Shown here piece after piece: positions 7,301 to 15,816 of a DNA stretch of 33,410 nucleotides (the stretch's first letter is position 1; every line of letters starts with the position of its first letter). Where the stretch lies: the IMG/VR virus record IMGVR_UViG_3300025267_000060, positions 1-33,410 of that record. The stretch is one strand, 5' to 3'. Under the pieces are notes generated by a model. The model did not search any database. It was given only the letters and a program-made list of their open reading frames with translations, and was not told where the DNA came from. A program made the translations under genes and the position numbers. Source of the stretch: a virus. Lineage: Duplodnaviria > Caudoviricetes.

Positions 7301-8161
7301 ATGAAAACAATAGATACATTAGTACAGGATATCTACAATTTATTAGGGCCAGAAGGTAATGATCTGGATCAGGATAAGATTGATAGACAGGTTGGTATAT
7401 TTGCACAGCATGTTGCTCGACATACTAAAGATTTTCTACAGGAGAAACCTGTGTATAGAAAGGGACTTAGATTATCTGGTATCGGCAGACCTTCCAGACA
7501 ACTCTGGTATGATAGTCAATACAGTGATCAATCAATTCCCTTTTCACCAAGTACACGTATTAAATTTTTATACGGTCACATCCTTGAAGAACTTCTAATT
7601 CTTTTTTCTGTTCTGTCTGGACATGAAGTAACCGAAGCACAGAAAGAAGTTCATGTGGAGGGGATCAAGGGACACCAAGATTGCAAGATTGATGGAGTTC
7701 TAGTGGATTGCAAGAGTGCATCTCTTAAAGGATTCGATAAGTTCAGAGATCGTACTTTGGATGATGACGATCCTTTTGGATATATCCCTCAGATCTCTGC
7801 CTATGCAGAGGGAAACGATGTAGATGAAGCTGCCTTCTTGGTAATCAATAAAGTAACCGGGGAAATCTGTCTTACTCCTGTCCATTCTATGGAGATGATT
7901 AATGCAGGAGATAAGATCAAACATCTTAAAAAGGTTATGGAGAAGGACACCCCACCTGACAGATGCTATGCTGATGTTCCTGATGGGAAGTCTGGAAACA
8001 AGAAGTTAGCTATAGGTTGTGTCTACTGTGATCATAAAAAGATTTGCTGGAAAGATATTAATCAAGGGCAAGGATTACGTGTGTTCCAATATGCATATGG
8101 AAACAGGTATCTAACAAATGTTTCTAAAACTCCTGATGTTCCTGAAGTATTGAACTGGTAA
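7301..8161 (+). CDS. PD-(D/E)XK exonuclease (Cas4/RecB-like phage exonuclease)
   Basis: LRLSGIG..RQLWY, YGHILEE, GHQDCKIDGVLVDCKS, QISAY, and C-terminal CVYCDHKKIC. Confidence 0.85.
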   Translation: MKTIDTLVQDIYNLLGPEGNDLDQDKIDRQVGIFAQHVARHTKDFLQEKPVYRKGLRLSGIGRPSRQLWYDSQYSDQSIPFSPSTRIKFLYGHILEELLILFSVLSGHEVTEAQKEVHVEGIKGHQDCKIDGVLVDCKSASLKGFDKFRDRTLDDDDPFGYIPQISAYAEGNDVDEAAFLVINKVTGEICLTPVHSMEMINAGDKIKHLKKVMEKDTPPDRCYADVPDGKSGNKKLAIGCVYCDHKKICWKDINQGQGLRVFQYAYGNRYLTNVSKTPDVPEVLNW

Positions 8162-8574
8162 TGCATTGGAAGACAAGGGGTAGACGTAAGAAATTTATTC
8201 CTAATTTAAATAAGTTTGGGTTTGTTTACATCATAACCAAGAAGAAAAACGGTAAAGCATATGTAGGTTGTAAACAATATTTTCTTGGGAAAGGAAAGAA
8301 ACAATCCCGATGGGAAATTTATATGGGTTCTTCCAAGGCTCTTCTGGATGATATTAAAAAATTAGGAAAGAGCCATTTTAAATTTGAAGTTATAGCTGAA
8401 TATAAAAATAAAAGGAGTTTAAGATATTATGAGTGTTACTATCAAATGAAATACAATGTGTTAGCCACGGTGCTTGAGGGAACAGATGAACCTGCCTTCT
8501 ATAATTCATATGTAGGAGGTAAGTGGTATCGTCCTGTTGAAAATTATGTAGATGAAGATCACAGATCCAGATGA
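8161..8574 (+). CDS. GIY-YIG family endonuclease
   Basis: GFVYIIT...KAYVGCKQ, YMGSSK, and later conserved E and N (YYECY...FYN). Confidence 0.8.
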   Translation: MHWKTRGRRKKFIPNLNKFGFVYIITKKKNGKAYVGCKQYFLGKGKKQSRWEIYMGSSKALLDDIKKLGKSHFKFEVIAEYKNKRSLRYYECYYQMKYNVLATVLEGTDEPAFYNSYVGGKWYRPVENYVDEDHRSR

Positions 8575-8890
8575 TATTTTTGTAGATCCCATTATTCAGT
8601 ATGATCAACAGTATCCTGAACGTAAACTATATTTAGCTGTTATTTTTCAGGCTTTATTGGATGCTACTGATCCTAAGAAAAAGGGAAGGACAAACAACGA
8701 TAAAGCAAAGGCTTGGTTTTTCTGTAGTGTTGGTGTAACGTGTGATAATTTTGAATTTGTGTGTGATCATGCCGGGGTTGATCCAAGTTATGTAAGGAGC
8801 TTTGCATTGGAAGTTATAAACTCTAAGAGACAAAGATCATTTAGATATCATGTTTATAGAATGTTGGGTAAGAAAAAGGGAGAGGACTGA
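8552..8890 (+). CDS. Conserved-type phage hypothetical protein
   Basis: ERKLYLAVIFQALLDA...AKAWF...FEFVCDHAGVDP pattern. The true start is uncertain. Confidence 0.75.
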   Translation: MKITDPDDIFVDPIIQYDQQYPERKLYLAVIFQALLDATDPKKKGRTNNDKAKAWFFCSVGVTCDNFEFVCDHAGVDPSYVRSFALEVINSKRQRSFRYHVYRMLGKKKGED

Positions 8891-9124
8891 ATGTCAACAA
8901 GAGATTATCAAATAGGTGGTGATCATTATAAGAAATTAAAAATACAACCCACGGAATATATTATGGCTAATGGTCTTAACTGGTGTGAGGGGAATGCAGT
9001 TAAGTACATAACAAGACATCGTATAAAGGGGGAAGGTTTACAAGATTTATTGAAGGCTAAACATTATATTGATTTATGTATTGAATTAGAATATGGGGAG
9101 AATGCAGATGAACCTTCCAACTGA
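8891..9124 (+). CDS. DUF3310 protein (T7 gp1.7-like putative nucleotide kinase)
   Basis: QIGGDHYK...QP.EYI...EGNAVKYITR...KG...DLLKAKHYID. Confidence 0.88.
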   Translation: MSTRDYQIGGDHYKKLKIQPTEYIMANGLNWCEGNAVKYITRHRIKGEGLQDLLKAKHYIDLCIELEYGENADEPSN

Positions 9125-11063
9125 GTATCAGTCTTTTATATATTTGTCTCGTTATTCCAGATGGTTGGAAGAAGAGGGACGTAGAGAAACATGGGATGAG
9201 ACTGTCGATAGATTGATAGTTTTCTTTCGTAACCATGTGGAAAATAATCTTGGAGTTAAGGATCAGCTTGATGATAAAGATTGGAACATGATTAGGAACT
9301 CTATCTTATCTCTTGAGGTGATGCCCAGCATGAGATCTTTAATGACTGCTGGACCAGCCTTGGAACGAGAGAACATAGCTGGATATAATTGTTCTTACAT
9401 ACCAGTTGATCATCCAAAGTCCTTTGATGAAATACTTTACATCCTCATGAATGGTACAGGAGTAGGCTTCTCCGTGGAGAGGCAGTACATTAATGAACTT
9501 CCCACCATACCAGACATAGAGTTTGAAAGAACAGATGACGTAATAAGTATAGCCGATTCCAAAGAGGGATGGGCCAGAGCATTTAAAGATCTAATATCAT
9601 ACTTATATACCAATCGTATTCCCAAGATAGATGTTAGCAAGGTACGTCCTGCCGGGTCAAGGTTGAAGACCTTTGGCGGTAGAGCCAGTGGACCACAACC
9701 TTTAGTAGATCTGTTTGACTTTACCATACGTAAGTTTGAGGAAGCCAGAGGCAGGAAACTAAGTTCACTTGAATGCCATGATATTGTCTGTAAGATTGGT
9801 GAGGTTGTAGTCGTAGGTGGTGTACGTAGATCAGCTTTAATATCTTTGTCCAATCTATCAGATTCTCGTATGAGAATGGCTAAGTCTGGTGCATGGTCCT
9901 TTACCAATCCAGAAAGAGCCTTGGCTAATAACTCTGCTGTATATACAGATCGTCCTGATACTGGTATCTTTATGAATGAGTGGCAATCCTTGTATGAAAG
10001 TAAGAGTGGTGAACGTGGTATCTTTAATCGTAGGTCTGCTCAAAACAAAGCAGCACAGAATGGCCGTAGGATATCCGACATTAACTTTGGAACCAATCCT
10101 TGTTCAGAGATTATCCTACGACCCAATCAATTCTGTAACTTAACTGAAGTTGTATGCAGACCAGCAGATGATAAGAATATTCTGGCACGTAAGATACGTG
10201 TGGCTACATTACTTGGTACTATTCAATCCACCCTTACCAGCTTTGGATATCTAAGAAAGAGATGGCTGGATAATACGGCAGAGGAACGTTTACTTGGTGT
10301 GTCTCTTACCGGGATAATGGATTGTAAACTCCTGAACTTCTCTCCACTTACTCTTGATTATTCTGCACAAATTACCTACCTATCTGATACATTAAATTAC
10401 CTTCGTAACGTAGCTGTTACGACCAATAAGAAATGGAGTGAGAAGCTAGGTATTAATCAATCAACTGCCATAACCTGTGTCAAACCTTCAGGAACTGTAT
10501 CTCAGCTAGTTGATAGTGCCAGTGGAATACATACGAGACATGCTCCTTATTATATTCGTACTGTCAGAGCAGACGTTAAAGATCCTATTACTATCTTCAT
10601 GAAAGAACATGGCATCCCCAATGAGCCTGATCTTATGAGTCCCGAACATACAACGGTCTTTTCCTTTCCTATTAAAGCAAATACCAATTCCAAATTTAGG
10701 AATGATCTGAATGCCATACAGCAGCTTGAGATATGGAAGACCTATGCTGAACATTGGTGTGAGCATAAGCCAAGTGTTACTGTATCCGTTAAAGAGAATG
10801 AATGGGTGGAGGTGGGAGCTTGGTGTTGGAAGAACTTCGATCATCTATCGGGAGTATCTTTCCTCCCTTATTCAGACCATACTTATAAACAAGCTCCCTA
10901 TCAGGAGATATCAAAGGAAGAATATGTAAGAGTTAAAAAGACCATGCCCAAGAAGGCTATTGATTGGTCCCAGTTGAAAGACTTTGAAGAGGAGGACAAT
11001 ACTACAGGATCACAGGAGCTTGCCTGTACTGGTGGAGTTTGTGAGCTTGTTGATCTAACATAA
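9108..11063 (+). CDS. nrdJ: Class II adenosylcobalamin-dependent ribonucleotide reductase (monomeric RTPR type)
   Basis: RRETWDETVDR, MPSMR, YNCSY, GTGVGFS, VVVGGVRRSA, TNPCSEI, CNLTE, TCVKPSGT and C-terminal CTGGVC. No beta subunit nearby. GGAG lies 7 nt before ATG9108. Confidence 0.95.
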   Translation: MNLPTEYQSFIYLSRYSRWLEEEGRRETWDETVDRLIVFFRNHVENNLGVKDQLDDKDWNMIRNSILSLEVMPSMRSLMTAGPALERENIAGYNCSYIPVDHPKSFDEILYILMNGTGVGFSVERQYINELPTIPDIEFERTDDVISIADSKEGWARAFKDLISYLYTNRIPKIDVSKVRPAGSRLKTFGGRASGPQPLVDLFDFTIRKFEEARGRKLSSLECHDIVCKIGEVVVVGGVRRSALISLSNLSDSRMRMAKSGAWSFTNPERALANNSAVYTDRPDTGIFMNEWQSLYESKSGERGIFNRRSAQNKAAQNGRRISDINFGTNPCSEIILRPNQFCNLTEVVCRPADDKNILARKIRVATLLGTIQSTLTSFGYLRKRWLDNTAEERLLGVSLTGIMDCKLLNFSPLTLDYSAQITYLSDTLNYLRNVAVTTNKKWSEKLGINQSTAITCVKPSGTVSQLVDSASGIHTRHAPYYIRTVRADVKDPITIFMKEHGIPNEPDLMSPEHTTVFSFPIKANTNSKFRNDLNAIQQLEIWKTYAEHWCEHKPSVTVSVKENEWVEVGAWCWKNFDHLSGVSFLPYSDHTYKQAPYQEISKEEYVRVKKTMPKKAIDWSQLKDFEEEDNTTGSQELACTGGVCELVDLT

Positions 11064-11100
11064 AAAAGTTCTTGACATGGAGCTATTTATATGCGATAAT
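11061..11100 (+). promoter_or_regulatory. Sigma70-like promoter upstream of hsp20
   Basis: TTGACA (11072-11077), 17 bp spacer, TG-n-GATAAT (11095-11100). 18 bp identical to the SSB promoter. Confidence 0.85.
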
Positions 11101-11144
11101 ATACTTGGAATGCCATAATGGGTTCCAAACAAAGGAGAAATGAT

Positions 11145-11567
11145 ATGATTACTTTTAATTCTGATACTTGGCCCAGATTTGCTATAGGTTATGACAGACT
11201 TCTGGATCATGTACTAAACCATACAGCACCAGCAGGTGGTGATGGTGGTGGATACCCTCCCTATGATATCGTTAAGTCTGGTGAGGAAACATACTGCATA
11301 GAGATGGCTCTTGCAGGATTCACCAAAGATGAGATTAAGGTTGAGGTTAAAGAAAATAACTTAACCATAGAGGGAGATCTAAATGGTAGACATGATAACT
11401 CTGACTATGTTCATAAGGGAATTGCTAGACGAGCATTCCAAAGGAAGTTTATACTCAACGACACAATTGAAGTCGAAGGAGCTGAACTAACTGATGGAGT
11501 TCTTCACATTAACTTAAAGCAAGATATCCCTGAAGAGCAAAGACCAAAGTTAATAACAATCAACTAA
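11145..11567 (+). CDS. hsp20: Small heat shock protein (Hsp20/IbpA-like)
   Basis: IGYDRL, YPPYDIVK, IEMALAGF, YVHKGIARRAF.R.F.L, A.L.DGVL.I.L and IPEE..PK.I.I. AAGGAG lies 7 nt before ATG11145. Confidence 0.95.
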   Translation: MITFNSDTWPRFAIGYDRLLDHVLNHTAPAGGDGGGYPPYDIVKSGEETYCIEMALAGFTKDEIKVEVKENNLTIEGDLNGRHDNSDYVHKGIARRAFQRKFILNDTIEVEGAELTDGVLHINLKQDIPEEQRPKLITIN

Positions 11568-11576
11568 GGAGACTTT

Positions 11577-12356
11577 ATGAATACAGTCTATATTGGCTAC
11601 GATCCTAAAGAGGATATGGCCTATCAAGTGTTAAAGTTCTCACTGGAACGTATTGCATCCAAGCCAGTGAGAGTACTGCCTATCAAAAGGGATGTGGTTA
11701 AACGAATGGGACTGTATCGTAGAGAGCATACGACGATGGACGGTCAAGACTATGACACCATAGATGGCCGTCCATTTTCCACTGAGTTTTCCTTTACCAG
11801 ATTTCTCGTACCTTTTCTAAATATGTTTGAGGGTAAAGCTCTTTTCATGGACAGTGATATGTACATGAGAACAGATGTAACGGACTTGTTTGAATTATGT
11901 GACATGAATTACTATCCTCTCTGGTGTGTCCATCATGATTATGAACCGACAGACAAGAGCAAGATGAATAATAAAATACAGGAACCGTACCATAGAAAGA
12001 ACTGGTCAAGTTTGATGATGTTTAATTGTGCTCATGCTGCACATAAAGCTCTTACCGTAGACGATATCAATACTAGATCAGGTAGATGGCTGCATGGTTT
12101 TGAATGGTTGCCCGACAAGGAAGCTGACATAGGAAAAATACCAGAGGAATGGAATTGGTTGGATGGACATTCCGACACTGAACTTGAGGCCAAGAATGTT
12201 CACTTCACCACAGGTGGTCCTTGGTTTGAGAACTGGCAATGTAGAGGAAAGGTAGATGCAAAGTATGCAGTTGAATGGACCAATGATGCCAGATGGTTAC
12301 AAGCTAATGGCATGGTAGATGGTGAAGTAGATTATTTAATAAGGGCAAAGGATTAA
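11577..12356 (+). CDS. GT-A fold glycosyltransferase (nucleotide-diphospho-sugar transferase, CDI/GT8-like)
   Basis: YIGYDPKE, STEFSFTRFLVP, DxD motif in FMDSDM, RKNWSSLMMFNC, EWNWL and HFTTGGPWF. Confidence 0.88.
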   Translation: MNTVYIGYDPKEDMAYQVLKFSLERIASKPVRVLPIKRDVVKRMGLYRREHTTMDGQDYDTIDGRPFSTEFSFTRFLVPFLNMFEGKALFMDSDMYMRTDVTDLFELCDMNYYPLWCVHHDYEPTDKSKMNNKIQEPYHRKNWSSLMMFNCAHAAHKALTVDDINTRSGRWLHGFEWLPDKEADIGKIPEEWNWLDGHSDTELEAKNVHFTTGGPWFENWQCRGKVDAKYAVEWTNDARWLQANGMVDGEVDYLIRAKD

Positions 12357-12360
12357 AAAT

Positions 12361-12858
12361 ATGCAAGAAATTTTAATTACTGAAGAGATGATTAAGAATG
12401 CTACTAATAAAGCAAAGGAAATGGGAAAACTTAATAACTCAATTACGAAAGGACAAGGTAACATAGCTGGATTTATTGGAGAAGAAATAGTCTTAAATTA
12501 TATAGATGCAGAGAGAATAAATTCATATGATTATGATTTACAACTATCAGATGGCAGGAAAATAGATGTAAAAACAAAACGAACAACAGTTAAACCACGG
12601 ACTAATTATGATTGTTCTGTAGCTGCTTTCAACACTAAACAAAAATGTGATCTATATATATTTTGCCGTGTTCTAAATGATATGTCGAAAGGCTGGATAC
12701 TTGGATACAAGGATAAAGAAAAATATTTTAATCAAGCTCGCTTTATGAAAAAGAATCAGATTGATCCAGCAAATAATTTTAGGGTTAAGGCTGATTGCTA
12801 TAATGTAGCAATTCAAGATTTAGAGTCTATAGATAATTTGTTGCAGGTAATAAATTAA
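12361..12858 (+). CDS. Hypothetical protein, putative PD-(D/E)XK-fold nuclease
   Basis: GFIGEE...YDYDL...KIDVKT pattern. The sequence looks more AT-rich than its neighbours. Confidence 0.6.
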   Translation: MQEILITEEMIKNATNKAKEMGKLNNSITKGQGNIAGFIGEEIVLNYIDAERINSYDYDLQLSDGRKIDVKTKRTTVKPRTNYDCSVAAFNTKQKCDLYIFCRVLNDMSKGWILGYKDKEKYFNQARFMKKNQIDPANNFRVKADCYNVAIQDLESIDNLLQVIN

Positions 12859-15203
12859 TGACACAACTTAAAGTAGTAACAGCATTCAATGAAAACTCTC
12901 TTAAAGATCATGCGTATCAAATGTTCCAAAGGGTGGAAAAATATTGGCATCCTGATATACATTTATCTGCCTATCATTTTGATTGTGATCCTGTTGCGTA
13001 TGATATTCCAAAGGTAATTACTTGTAAAAATCTTGATGCTGTAGAAGAGTTTAAAGAATATCAATCCAACATGGACGTACATGACGGTACGGAAAATGGA
13101 ACAATTACATACAATTGGAAAATAGATACTCTTCTAACGGCTCCAAAGGTATTTGCCTTAACACAGGAAGCCTTCTCCATAGCAGAGGAAACCACAGAAG
13201 GTGGTTGGCTCTTGTGGATGAACACAAATATAATCCCCATAGCCAATCTAACACCTAACTTTGTTCATAAATTCTTTCCTGAAGGAGCAGACATTGTTCA
13301 TTTAAGTGGAGATACTGTTGGTGCAAATGCCGAACAATATAGTAGTCCTGCTTTCATGGCATTTAATCTTGATCATCAGTCTCCCTTGGATATTCTTGGT
13401 GATCTAAGAGGTGCCTATGAGAGTGGAGAAATATTATCTTATCGTGAATGGCATGATGCATTTATCTTGGAGAGGTTATTAAATATCTACAGAGCACATG
13501 GCATGAGGGTACATTCTCTCACCCCTTCCAATACGAAGAAGGGTATTCGACATACTCCCTTGTCAAGTCATCTCATAAATTTAGAGGAAACAAACAGAGC
13601 ACTAAGAGACAGTGATGGTGTCAGGATATTTCCTTTGTCGGACGAGACAGTCCCTCCAGATATAAGACCCAATCGAACCAAGATGATGGCTGACATCATA
13701 CGATACCACAAGCCAAAATCATTTGTTGAGACGGGAACATGGAATGGTGGTCGAGCTATAGAGATGGCCTTGGCAGCCTTTGAGAGTGCAGATGAGATAA
13801 CCTATACAGGTTATGATTTGTTTGAGGATGCCACAGACAAGACAGACGAAGAAGAATTAAACATGAAGGCCCATGTTAATATAAAGGCCGTGGAGAAAAG
13901 ACTTACTGAGTTTAAAGAGAAGATGAAGAAAGATCAGAATAAAATCTTCAACTTCAAACTTGTCAAAGGAAATACCAGAGATGTTCTGGAGGAGGAGAAT
14001 CCTGACTTTGCCCTGATTGGTGGTGGTAATAGTATTATCACCGTTCAAAATGACTACAATAAATTATCAGGTGCTCGTGTCAAGATGGTTGATAATTTCT
14101 TCACTGAGGATTCAGAGAAGAAGCAGCCTCTTAAAAAGTTTCATGGAACAAACATACTTGTACAAACATTGGAAGGACTAAAGAGAATTGTTCTTCCCTC
14201 TTCCGATCCAGTAAAGAATGGTGGAGTAACTCATTACTGTGTGATATATGATGAGAGAGTAGTTCCCAATCTACCAGAAGAACTATTGAATGTTCCTATT
14301 GTGGTCCATCCAAGAGATTGTGTAGACAAGGAATATATACAGGCAAACATTAAAGAGAACATGTCTCTCATAGATAAGGATAAATTCTTTGGGAAGTGTA
14401 GACCTAATGATGGTGAGATTATTGTTGTTTCTGGTGGTCACTCTACTGATTTTAATAAGGTGAAAGAACTTATAAAGGAAAAACCAGAGGCCAAGATTAT
14501 TTGTGTAAAACATTCCTATCCAAAGCTATTGGAGAATGACATCAAGCCTTGGGCCTGTGTTGTATTAGATCCAAGATCAATTGATGGGGAAAGTACTCAT
14601 GGTCTTATACGTAAAGATCTGTTTAAAACCATTGATCCAAGTACTAAATTCTTTGTAGCCTCCATGACTGATCCCTCCGTAACCAAGTATCTTATTGAAA
14701 AGAAAGCCAATATCTATGGTTGGCATGCCTTTACTGAGTCACTCAGAAAGGATAGTGAAAGAGAAACAGAGATAAAGGATCAGAAGATTTCTGTCATGGA
14801 AGACCTTGGAATCCCTGAAGGAGCTACTTTAATTACAGGTGGTACATGTGCGGCCATGAGAATACTTGGTATCATGCACACAATGGGCTTTAGGAAGTTC
14901 CATCTGTTTGGTTTTGATTCTTCTTTGAAGGATGAGCCTACGAAAGAACAGAGAAAGGAAACCACTGGTGCAGAAGATGAAGAGCCAAAGCCAAAGTATC
15001 TACAGGTAAATGTACGTGGAGAAAACTACTGGACTACAGGAGAACTATTGGCAATGGCACAGGATTGTGAAAGAGTATTTAATGATTCAACTATGAATCT
15101 TATGATTGAGTTGTATGGAGAACATACATTGGTAAGTTCCTTGTGGAGCCTACATCTGGATGAAATAAAGATCCCAAACTTTGAAGATGTCTTCAATGAC
15201 TAA
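12858..15203 (+). CDS. Multidomain protein: GT-like N-terminus, class I SAM methyltransferase, and Maf/DUF115 (MptE-like) C-terminus
   Basis: N-terminus: KVFAL...WLLWMNTNI...FMAFNL...EWHDAFI. Middle: FVETGTWNG, YTGYDLFE, LVKGNT. C-terminus: IVVSGGHS, IICVK, IKPWACVVLDPR, FFVAS, ITGGTCAAMR, MGFRKFHLFGFDS. Confidence 0.75.
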   Translation: MTQLKVVTAFNENSLKDHAYQMFQRVEKYWHPDIHLSAYHFDCDPVAYDIPKVITCKNLDAVEEFKEYQSNMDVHDGTENGTITYNWKIDTLLTAPKVFALTQEAFSIAEETTEGGWLLWMNTNIIPIANLTPNFVHKFFPEGADIVHLSGDTVGANAEQYSSPAFMAFNLDHQSPLDILGDLRGAYESGEILSYREWHDAFILERLLNIYRAHGMRVHSLTPSNTKKGIRHTPLSSHLINLEETNRALRDSDGVRIFPLSDETVPPDIRPNRTKMMADIIRYHKPKSFVETGTWNGGRAIEMALAAFESADEITYTGYDLFEDATDKTDEEELNMKAHVNIKAVEKRLTEFKEKMKKDQNKIFNFKLVKGNTRDVLEEENPDFALIGGGNSIITVQNDYNKLSGARVKMVDNFFTEDSEKKQPLKKFHGTNILVQTLEGLKRIVLPSSDPVKNGGVTHYCVIYDERVVPNLPEELLNVPIVVHPRDCVDKEYIQANIKENMSLIDKDKFFGKCRPNDGEIIVVSGGHSTDFNKVKELIKEKPEAKIICVKHSYPKLLENDIKPWACVVLDPRSIDGESTHGLIRKDLFKTIDPSTKFFVASMTDPSVTKYLIEKKANIYGWHAFTESLRKDSERETEIKDQKISVMEDLGIPEGATLITGGTCAAMRILGIMHTMGFRKFHLFGFDSSLKDEPTKEQRKETTGAEDEEPKPKYLQVNVRGENYWTTGELLAMAQDCERVFNDSTMNLMIELYGEHTLVSSLWSLHLDEIKIPNFEDVFND

Positions 15204-15816
15204 ACCATCGGAAGAATACTATGCACTCATAGAAGAATATAAACATATGCATAAAGATCCTACCATGTTTCCCGGTAAGAGCATATCTAAATATATTCAT
15301 TATATTAAATATATGATAAAGGATAACAAGTGCAAGTCTCTTCTTGATTATGGTTGTGGTAAGGCAGTCTTGTATGAAGAAGATCAAAAATTTACCAGAG
15401 ATATAACAAGCAAACCTATTCATAAGTTCTGGAATATTAAAGAGCTTACACGTTATGATCCCGGTGTGGAAAAGTTTTCAAAGATCCCAGAGGGAACACA
15501 TGATATAGTGCTGGCAGTGGATGTGATGGAACATCTCCCTGCTCAGGATCTGGAATGGATCATAGATAATATAATGAGCTATGCTAATAAGGTTGTGTTC
15601 TTGAATATAGCTTGCTATGAAGCTCTAAAGACATTCTCAAATGGTGACAATCTCCATATAACCGTACATGAACCTGATTGGTGGATTGAATTATTGGATA
15701 AAATATGGTATAATAAGCATAGGAAAAGGATAAATGTTCATGCAGCTTTTGAAGAAGTTGAGAGTAGGTTTGTTTCTACTGGGATATTTAAGACACACGT
15801 TCTATACAGAAATTAA
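15196..15816 (+). CDS. Class I SAM-dependent methyltransferase
   Basis: SLLDYGCGK, YDPG, DIVLAVDVMEHLP, and NLHITV..PDWW. Confidence 0.88.
   Translation: MTKPSEEYYALIEEYKHMHKDPTMFPGKSISKYIHYIKYMIKDNKCKSLLDYGCGKAVLYEEDQKFTRDITSKPIHKFWNIKELTRYDPGVEKFSKIPEGTHDIVLAVDVMEHLPAQDLEWIIDNIMSYANKVVFLNIACYEALKTFSNGDNLHITVHEPDWWIELLDKIWYNKHRKRINVHAAFEEVESRFVSTGIFKTHVLYRN

Noticed and set aside
7301-8161. CRISPR-Cas locus suggested by the Cas4-like gene
   Set aside because: No repeat-spacer array or other cas genes; stand-alone Cas4-like exonucleases are common in phage replication modules.
1965-10929. Same-strand alternative-frame ORFs inside thyX, ssb, the exonuclease and nrdJ (1965..2294, 7043..7240, 7359..7598, 10711..10929)
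   Set aside because: Fully nested in conserved genes with off-frame-like composition, and no slippery site or SD noticed.
2438-11063. Inteins or introns in the helicase, polA or nrdJ
   Set aside because: The frames are continuous and of normal or short length, with no splicing motifs or LAGLIDADG inserts seen.
15196-15816. DNA methyltransferase protecting against restriction
   Set aside because: No DPPY/NPPY or PCQ catalytic motif; it resembles small-molecule or glycan class I methyltransferases.
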